From Armatimonadota bacterium (GTDB taxonomy: Bacteria; Armatimonadota; UBA5829; DSUL01), in assembly GCA_039811685.1 (NCBI GenBank), contig JBDHZC010000002.1:288001-352000 (forward strand): a stretch of 64,000 bases of DNA, in the 5' to 3' direction. How positions within the stretch are numbered: the stretch's first letter is position 1; every line of letters starts with the position of its first letter. This document shows positions 57,731 to 64,000 of the stretch, piece after piece. Position numbers and translations under genes: made by a program. The notes under the pieces were generated by a model. That model was given only the letters and a program-made list of their open reading frames with translations. It did not search any database and had not been told where the DNA came from.

Positions 57731-58834
57731 GTGTCTCATGCCTGGATTGAAGTCGATCTCAGCGCGCTGAAAGACAACTTCCGGCAGTTGTCCACGGCCT
57801 TCGGAAATTGCCGAGTGATCCCTGTAGTCAAGAGCGATGCGTACGGCCACGGCGCGAACGCAACCGCACTGGCCCTGCAGCAGGTGGGAGCAGATACGCT
57901 GGCGGTCACCTTTGTGGAAGAAGCCGCGGCGCTGCGCGAAGCCGGGTACTCCGGAAGAATCTGGCTGCTGGCGCCTGTGCGCGGCGCTGACATCCAGCAC
58001 GCCGTAGAGCTTGATCTGACAGCCTGTATCACAGACATCCAGGCGGCTCAGGAGTTGAGCGACGCGGCAAGCCAGCAGCAAAAACTCATCGAAGCTCAGA
58101 TCAAGATTGACTCGGGTATGGGCAGGCTGGGAGTGCGTCCGGATGAAGCAGTGGAGTTGGCAAAGGCTTTGATGGCGCAACAGTCTCTGAGATTGGTGGG
58201 AGTGTATTCTCACTGCGCCAATGGGGCCAGCGCAGCGGCCGTCGCAAGGCAACTGCAGCTGTTTCAACGCTGCTGCGCCGAGATTGAAGCCGAAGGCATC
58301 GCTATTCCTATGCGCCACATCGCGGCCAGCGCCGCCTCCCTTGCTCTGCCGGAATCGAGACTGGACGCCGTACGCATCGGCACGCTACTGTACGGTCAGT
58401 TTCCGGCGGCTCACCTGCGGCAGACTCCGGCCGGCAGAGAGCTCAATCTAAAGCAGACCTGGGCATTCAAAGCGCGCATTCTGCAGATTCGCTCTATGCC
58501 GCCCGGCGCCTCAATTGGTTACAGCTCCGAGTATCAGACGTCGCGTGTGTCGCGCATCGCGGTCGTCAGTGCAGGGTTGGCAGAAGGGCTTGGCATGCAG
58601 CCAGCCAGCCTTTCACGCGCGGGCTTGAAAGGTATCGTGCGCTCGTTAGCGCCGAAGCATCTCTATGCGACAGTGCGCAATCAGAAGGCGCCCATTGTAG
58701 GTCGCGTAGGAATGCAGCTTTGCTCGATAGATGTAACAGACATTCAGGAAGCGCAGATCGGCGATGAAGTCCTCTTACCCGTTCGGCGTATCGCTTCCAA
58801 CGCTGCCCTTCCCCGCGTTTACCTCTCCAGTTAG
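57731..58834 (+). CDS. alr: Alanine racemase
   Basis: AWIEVDL, VVKSDAYGHG (PLP Lys), KIDSGMGRLG, VRIGTLLYG, IGY, VGRVGM. Confidence 0.93.
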   Translation: MSHAWIEVDLSALKDNFRQLSTAFGNCRVIPVVKSDAYGHGANATALALQQVGADTLAVTFVEEAAALREAGYSGRIWLLAPVRGADIQHAVELDLTACITDIQAAQELSDAASQQQKLIEAQIKIDSGMGRLGVRPDEAVELAKALMAQQSLRLVGVYSHCANGASAAAVARQLQLFQRCCAEIEAEGIAIPMRHIAASAASLALPESRLDAVRIGTLLYGQFPAAHLRQTPAGRELNLKQTWAFKARILQIRSMPPGASIGYSSEYQTSRVSRIAVVSAGLAEGLGMQPASLSRAGLKGIVRSLAPKHLYATVRNQKAPIVGRVGMQLCSIDVTDIQEAQIGDEVLLPVRRIASNAALPRVYLSS

Positions 58835-60013
58835 CGGCTCGCCGGTCGCCGGCGTAGCATCGGCCAGCTTCTCCTCATGGCCGAGTTTGGTTTCAGATTG
58901 CGCCGCTCGCTTCTCCGGGGGCACGTGGGCGTAGTCTGGAATAGGCTCGGAAAGGCGAGGATATAGCGTGGAGGCGACAATGGCGATGCTGGCCGCTACA
59001 GGCACACCGATGATGAAACCAACCAGCCCGAAAAGCTGGCTTCCCGCCATCAGAGCGAACAGACTGATCAGCGGATGCAGGCCAGTGGATTTCCCCAGAA
59101 TCTTTGGAGTGAGAAAGCTGTCAAACACCTGATTGAGAGCCAGCACAACCAGCATCACGACGCCAGCAAACTGCAGATCCCCGCCAGACCCAACCAGAGC
59201 CACCGTACCTGAGAGGACGATAAGACTGATAGAACCAACGTACGGGACTGCGTACAGCAGAGAAGCCGCAAGCCCAAGCACCAGCACATACTGCACACCA
59301 AGCAGTGACAATGCGACGGTAATGGAAATGCCATAGAGCCCGCAAAGTGTCACCAGCCCTCGCAAGTACCCCAGAAACACCGCGCCTACACGATCCATCA
59401 CGTCAACGACCTGATCGCGAAACTGCGGCGGGATTACGTAGTGAACACGCCTGCGCAGCTTCGGCCAGTCGTTGAGCAGATAGAAGGTGGCCAGGAGGAT
59501 AATGACAATGTTGACCAGGTATCCGGCTGTGCCTATTACCCCGCCAAGTGTGTTCTGGAGCGCGCGCGGGCCAACCGTGTTGATGTAGTGTGAAAGCTGC
59601 GATGTGAGCTCGGTGTAAGTCTGAGGAACCTCCAGCGGCAGCCGGCGAATCAGCGGGCTGTGGGACAAATGCGTCCATGAGTCTTTGAACTGAGCCAGAT
59701 AGCCGGGCCAGTTGGACACCAGCGACTGCACCTCTCCCCACGTCAACGGCACAATCCACGTCAGGAATGCGCCAAATGCGACAAAAAAGAGGAGATAGAC
59801 GATTATCACACTCCAGACACGGCGCAGCCCCCGAACCTGGAGCCTCTCCATAAGCGGGTCCAGAAGCGCCGCAATGGCTACCGCAATCAGAAACGGCGCC
59901 AGTACGCGGCGCACCAGATACAACAGGAGCAAAAACAGCAGAAGAAGAAGGGCCGCGGCAGCCAGCCCCCGGCCTCTGACAGGAAGCTCATCCTGCGTTG
60001 GCGTCAGACTCAC
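58775..60013 (-). CDS. AI-2E family transporter
   Basis: LAPFLIAVAIAALLDP, YLRG, VPYVG, LTPKILGKSTGLHPL, GFIIGVP. Confidence 0.92.
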   Translation of the reverse strand: MSLTPTQDELPVRGRGLAAAALLLLLFLLLLYLVRRVLAPFLIAVAIAALLDPLMERLQVRGLRRVWSVIIVYLLFFVAFGAFLTWIVPLTWGEVQSLVSNWPGYLAQFKDSWTHLSHSPLIRRLPLEVPQTYTELTSQLSHYINTVGPRALQNTLGGVIGTAGYLVNIVIILLATFYLLNDWPKLRRRVHYVIPPQFRDQVVDVMDRVGAVFLGYLRGLVTLCGLYGISITVALSLLGVQYVLVLGLAASLLYAVPYVGSISLIVLSGTVALVGSGGDLQFAGVVMLVVLALNQVFDSFLTPKILGKSTGLHPLISLFALMAGSQLFGLVGFIIGVPVAASIAIVASTLYPRLSEPIPDYAHVPPEKRAAQSETKLGHEEKLADATPATGEPLTGEVNAGKGSVGSDTPNG

Positions 60014-60777
60014 TTTGTCAGAAGTTGCTTGAGCCGTTTGAGCGCCTTGCTTTGCAGACGCGACACGTGCATCTGAGAGATGTTCAGCCGTTTCGCCACC
60101 TCAGTCTGTGACATATCGTTAAAGAATCTGTAATACAGAATACTTCTCTCGCGATCACCGAGACTCTCCAGCGCTCGCGTCAGATCGTCGTAGGCTTCGA
60201 GCTTCCCAAGCGACTCATCCTCCGATCCGATCGTGTCCCCGGGAGTGGTTGAGGAACCGTCAGCGCCAGACTGCGGCGCGTCTATGGACACTGTTTCATA
60301 GGCGTTGGCCAGTTCAAGAGCCGCTAGAGTATCCTCTTCAGATGCTTGAATTTCCTGCGCCAGCTCAGCAATGGTTGGAGCGCGTCCCAGCTTTTGCAGA
60401 AGCCGCGCGGAGGCGCGCGAGGCCGTCTGGTTCAGCTCCTGCAGCCGCCGAGGAACCTTCAGGCTCCAGGCTTTGTCGCGGAAGTAGCGGCGGATCTCAC
60501 CGACAATAGTGGGCGTGGCAAAAGTGGAAAATTTGATCCCACGATTCGGATCAAATCGATCAACGGCGTTAACCAGCCCTATGTTGCCCACGGAGATGAG
60601 GTCTTCCAGCGGCTCTCCCCGGTTGGCAAATTTTGCGGCCAGATAGTGCACAAGATTCTGGTGAGCGTTGACCAGCTCCGCGCGCAGCTCCGGGTCTTTA
60701 GTCTGTGCGAACTGCTTGAAGAGATACTCAGAATGCTCACGCACTCTCGACGCCGCGGGTTTACCGCTTTCGCTCAT
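60010..60777 (-). CDS. SigB/SigF-type RNA polymerase sigma factor
   Basis: EDLISVGNIGLVNAVDRFDP, FSTFATPTIVGEIRRYFRDK.W..KVPRRL, SQMHVSRL. Confidence 0.93.
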   Translation of the reverse strand: MSESGKPAASRVREHSEYLFKQFAQTKDPELRAELVNAHQNLVHYLAAKFANRGEPLEDLISVGNIGLVNAVDRFDPNRGIKFSTFATPTIVGEIRRYFRDKAWSLKVPRRLQELNQTASRASARLLQKLGRAPTIAELAQEIQASEEDTLAALELANAYETVSIDAPQSGADGSSTTPGDTIGSEDESLGKLEAYDDLTRALESLGDRERSILYYRFFNDMSQTEVAKRLNISQMHVSRLQSKALKRLKQLLTK

Positions 60778-61214
60778 CCATTCAACTCACAGTTTTTGAC
60801 GAGGCGCACAATCTGACCGCCGCCTTCAGCCTCACCAATCTCAACAGAATCTACCAGAAGCTGCATCAAAGAGACGCGAAACTGCTGGTTGTCGAAATCC
60901 GCTTCCAGCCCGCTGTCTTCCTCCGTTGATTCGGTCTCCGGCGCCAGCGGCACATCGTCCCGTATCTCCAGCACAATACGTGCGGAATCTACTGCGCCCA
61001 CAACCTGAATGTGAGCATTGTTGCTGTCCACCTGCGACGCTCTGTACACGGATGACGCGCACGCCTCGCCAACCGCCAGCCGCAGATCCTCAACCTCGTC
61101 GTACGACAGCGGAATACGTCCGCAAAGCCCCAGCACGGCCAGGCGAACCACTGAAACGTATTCGGGGCTGCACGGGACCCTAAGCTCAATAATTGGAGTG
61201 GTCATCACCTGCAA
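60774..61214 (-). CDS. RsbW/SpoIIAB-like anti-sigma factor, ATP-binding motifs degenerate
   Basis: IELRVPCSPEYVSVVRL, VEDLRLAVGEAC, LMQLLVDSV; lies between the STAS and sigma genes. Confidence 0.88.
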   Translation of the reverse strand: MQVMTTPIIELRVPCSPEYVSVVRLAVLGLCGRIPLSYDEVEDLRLAVGEACASSVYRASQVDSNNAHIQVVGAVDSARIVLEIRDDVPLAPETESTEEDSGLEADFDNQQFRVSLMQLLVDSVEIGEAEGGGQIVRLVKNCELNG

Positions 61215-61220
61215 GCCGGC

Positions 61221-61625
61221 CTACTTCCTTTCGGTTTTTTGTAGCGCTTCATCCATTGTCGCGGAAATGTTGAACACTTTGTCCAGCCCCGTGACCTCAA
61301 GAACACGCATAATACGAGGTTTGGTCGTCACCAGAAGCACCTCGCCACCGAGTTCGCGCGCCCGCTTGAGACCCGCAACAAGAATCCCCAGGCCGCTGGA
61401 ATCGAGATAGTCCACACTGGACAGATCTACGACCAGCGATGTACAACCGGCCTCAAAGTGCTCCAGCATTGCCGAGCGCACGCGCGGGGACGTGTAGACG
61501 TCAATCTCTCCCGTCACGGAGACAAGCCCAATCGCCGGAGAGGGGCGCTCCGAGGAAACCCCAAAGTCCATCGTCGTCCCGCCCCTGGATGCCTGTGTTT
61601 CGTCCATAATTTCTGACTCTTTCAC
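61221..61625 (-). CDS. RsbV/SpoIIAA-like STAS anti-anti-sigma factor (true start may be ATG 61571)
   Basis: GEIDVYTSP, VDYLDSSGLG, RVLEVTGL. Confidence 0.92.
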   Translation of the reverse strand: MKESEIMDETQASRGGTTMDFGVSSERPSPAIGLVSVTGEIDVYTSPRVRSAMLEHFEAGCTSLVVDLSSVDYLDSSGLGILVAGLKRARELGGEVLLVTTKPRIMRVLEVTGLDKVFNISATMDEALQKTERK

Positions 61626-61777
61626 CAGTGATAGAAATGCCCGCCGATGGATTACGACGGGCAGTTGTGAATTCTTGCAGACGAGCCTCTACAGCTTGAT
61701 GACAGCGCAACGCTGACGGAAGGAACCGCCGGCTAATTCACAGCGCAAGCTGGCTGGCAGAGTCGAGTCGTCTACCC

Positions 61778-62107
61778 TCAGCCGACCTCTTCCAGATTCT
61801 GATCAGCTTCGTTGCGCGCCTGATCCATCGCTTCTCGGCCTGCACTGATAGCTTCGCTGAGTCGTCCCTTTGTAGTATCCACAATCTCCCGGCCTTTTGA
61901 AACCATCTCCTCGCCCTTGACCGCCAGGTCGCCGGCGACTTTCTCAGCCTTGGCCTTGAGGTCGTCCAGAGTACTCTTGAGGTCGTCGCGCATCTCCGAA
62001 CCGGTTTTGGGGGCAAGCACCAGCGCTACCGCCGCCCCAACAATGGCGCCAAGACCGATCCCTGCAAGCAGATTTAACAGCGTATTTTGATCGTTGCGAT
62101 CATCCAT
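61778..62107 (-). CDS. YtxH-domain protein
   Basis: LLAGIGLGAIVGAAVALVLAPKTGSEMR; ATG 62107 with GAGG RBS. Confidence 0.9.
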   Translation of the reverse strand: MDDRNDQNTLLNLLAGIGLGAIVGAAVALVLAPKTGSEMRDDLKSTLDDLKAKAEKVAGDLAVKGEEMVSKGREIVDTTKGRLSEAISAGREAMDQARNEADQNLEEVG

Positions 62108-62507
62108 CTTTGTTACCTCTTCCGTTAGTCCGGGGACGGAGCAGTGTGTCCATCCCTGCCCGGATGCCCAGCAGAACAGAGCCGGCAATATCCGCAGAGT
62201 TTTTGGCTAAGCTTCGGGCTGAGTGAGCGACCCGCGCGCCAACAAGCGCGCTGCCCACGCCCGAAACAATCTTCTCAACCTGTTCAATCTTTCCGGTGAC
62301 GCTGCCTACCGTCTTCTGAGTCTGGTCGATGACGGCGTGCGCCTTGTCACAGACTTCCTTGACCTGCGTCTGAATCTGCGTGCCGACGGCGCCGACCTTC
62401 TTGGCCACTACGATCGCCGCCACAGCTATGGCAATGGCCATCACGCCGAACAAAACGGCGATAATTGTCAGATCAATCGCTATCCACAAACCCTGGCCTG
62501 CTGTCAC
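62100..62507 (-). CDS. DUF948/YtxG-like membrane protein
   Basis: N-terminal TM helix then an amphipathic helical region; directly upstream of ytxH. Confidence 0.65.
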   Translation of the reverse strand: MTAGQGLWIAIDLTIIAVLFGVMAIAIAVAAIVVAKKVGAVGTQIQTQVKEVCDKAHAVIDQTQKTVGSVTGKIEQVEKIVSGVGSALVGARVAHSARSLAKNSADIAGSVLLGIRAGMDTLLRPRTNGRGNKDG

Positions 62508-62533
62508 GCCACTTACCCCTCTGCGCCGAAGAT

Positions 62534-63643
62534 CTAATCACGTAAGACGCTGTCGATAGTGCCACCGCCGATGACCTGGTCCACATCGTAAAAGACTGCC
62601 GCCTGCCCCGGAGTGGGCGCTCGCTCCGGCGTCTGAAACTCCAACTCCCAAAGGGAATCACCCTCGCCAGCGCTCTCTGAGACGTGCGGGCGAATGACGG
62701 CCGGAATGGCTGGCATATTGTACCTGACTTTGCAGGTGACAGCCATTTCAGCGGGCGGCGGTGACCCCGCTACCCAGTGCAGCTTGTTTACCATGACCGA
62801 CCGGATCATAAGCGCTGCCGACGGGCCAAGCACAACGCGATTAGCTGCCGGATCCACATCCACCACATAAAGCGGCTCAGCTGCGGCTACCCCCAGCCCT
62901 TTTCGCTGCCCGATGGTGTAGCCGGCCGCTCCAGTGTGCGCACCCAGCACCTTGCCATCCATATCCACAATTTCGCCTTCACGAGCAAGCTCCGGACGCC
63001 GCTCAGCCAGAAAGGCCCGGTGACCGAGCTTGCCGATAAAACAGATTTCCTGGCTATCCGGCTTCTTCCACACCTTCAGGCCTAACTCACGCGCTGTCTC
63101 CCGGGTCGCGTCTTTCGTGAAACCTCCAAGTGGAAAGATCGTGTGCGCCAGTTCATGCTGGCCAAGCATGTACAACACATATGACTGGTCTTTGATGACA
63201 TTCGGCGATCTCTTCAGCCGAAACACTCCGTCTTCTGAGCGATCAATCAAGGCGTAGTGCCCTGTGGCGAGATAGTCCGCGCCGATAGCCATTGCCCGCT
63301 CCATCAGCGTGTGAAACTTGACGCGCTCATTGCACTTTACGCATGGGTTTGGCGTGCGTCCCTGAGCATATTCATTGATGAAATCCTCAATAACCGCATG
63401 CTCAAACTCTTCACGCATGTTCATCACATAGTGTGGGATATCCAGCTCGTTGGCGACGCGGCGGGCGTCTTCAACGGCGTCCAGCGAGCAGCAGCCCTGA
63501 CCGTCGGACTCAGCCCCTTCAGGCCACACTTGAAGGGTAATACCGATAACGTTGTAACCCTGCTGCTTCAGCAGAGCAGCCGCGACAGAGGAATCAACAC
63601 CCCCTGACATTGCAGCGACGACTGTTTTTGATGTAGATGACAA
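62534..63643 (-). CDS. mnmA: tRNA-specific 2-thiouridylase
   Basis: AMSGGVDSSVAA, GRTPNPCVKCN, ATGHYA, KDQSYVL, DSQEICF, TIGQRKG, TPGQAAVFY. Confidence 0.97.
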   Translation of the reverse strand: MSSTSKTVVAAMSGGVDSSVAAALLKQQGYNVIGITLQVWPEGAESDGQGCCSLDAVEDARRVANELDIPHYVMNMREEFEHAVIEDFINEYAQGRTPNPCVKCNERVKFHTLMERAMAIGADYLATGHYALIDRSEDGVFRLKRSPNVIKDQSYVLYMLGQHELAHTIFPLGGFTKDATRETARELGLKVWKKPDSQEICFIGKLGHRAFLAERRPELAREGEIVDMDGKVLGAHTGAAGYTIGQRKGLGVAAAEPLYVVDVDPAANRVVLGPSAALMIRSVMVNKLHWVAGSPPPAEMAVTCKVRYNMPAIPAVIRPHVSESAGEGDSLWELEFQTPERAPTPGQAAVFYDVDQVIGGGTIDSVLRD

Positions 63644-63815
63644 GAGTAACTCAATCAGCCTTTCAGAAACTTTACCTGGAGATTAAAGGGTTTCAGGCGG
63701 ACGAGATAAACCGCCACGCCAATCAATACCTGACGAGTGAGAGTCCCTGCGTTATTTCAGATTGCGCGGACGATACAGCGCAGGCGGAAGGCATCGCATC
63801 GCGTCTGTGATGCTC

Positions 63816-64000
63816 TTATCCGGCGTCCTCTGGCTTTGCGGGCACACTCTTTGAGCCCTTGCTCCCGGAGCGCCTGCTTCGGGCATTTAGCTCCTGCCGC
63901 CACGCCGCCAGCCTCTCTGCTATCTTCTTTTCATACCCGTTCTGAGTCGGCGTGTAGTACTGACTAGATTTTGCTCCAGGCGGAAGGTAGTCTTGCTCGG
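63816..64000 (-). CDS. rarA: Replication-associated recombination protein A, C-terminal fragment (gene starts beyond the window end)
   Basis: Hand translation EQDYLPPGAKSSQYYTPTQNGYEKKIAERL...* resembles the MgsA/RarA C-terminus; rarA near mnmA is a familiar neighbourhood. Confidence 0.75.
   Translation of the reverse strand, partial: EQDYLPPGAKSSQYYTPTQNGYEKKIAERLAAWRQELNARSRRSGSKGSKSVPAKPEDAG

Noticed and set aside
62508..62540. SigB-like GATTAG-N15-GGGTAA upstream of the ytxG-like gene
   Set aside because: Overlaps the AGAGGGG ribosome-binding site and is only 5 nt from the start codon; the RBS explains it adequately

Overview
Gene-dense, GC-rich bacterial chromosome segment with no CRISPR array, rRNA, tRNA, transposase or prophage that I can see. 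The pilin-like N-termini ([25 protein letters not shown]), a PEP-CTERM protein, an outer-membrane-type barrel and Bacillota-like stress genes point to Armatimonadota or a similar diderm Terrabacteria lineage (inference). Housekeeping content: rpoN, recO, acyP, a complete trpEGDCFBA operon, deoC, femX-like + alr, a ytxGH-rsbV-rsbW-sigB-like cluster, mnmA and a partial rarA. The main accessory region (~23.5-44.3 kb) is a carbohydrate locus: about five secreted glycoside-hydrolase-like proteins, an ExuT-like MFS importer, a PEP-CTERM protein, a 900-aa surface protein, three tandem DUF1559 pilin-like genes and a LacI repressor. Four copies of a palindromic GTTACACGWGTAAC site lie at or downstream of its promoters, and it has no SusC/SusD pair. 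Three intergenic regions fold by eye into strand-specific structured RNAs that I cannot assign to a known family: about 570 nt at 4.45-5.03 kb, about 290 nt upstream of rpoN and about 165 nt downstream of rpoN. Several proteins look like pseudoenzymes: an RsbW without ATP-binding motifs, an ADP-ribosylhydrolase and a histidine phosphatase. All calls come from motif recognition and manual base-pairing; no database searches were run.
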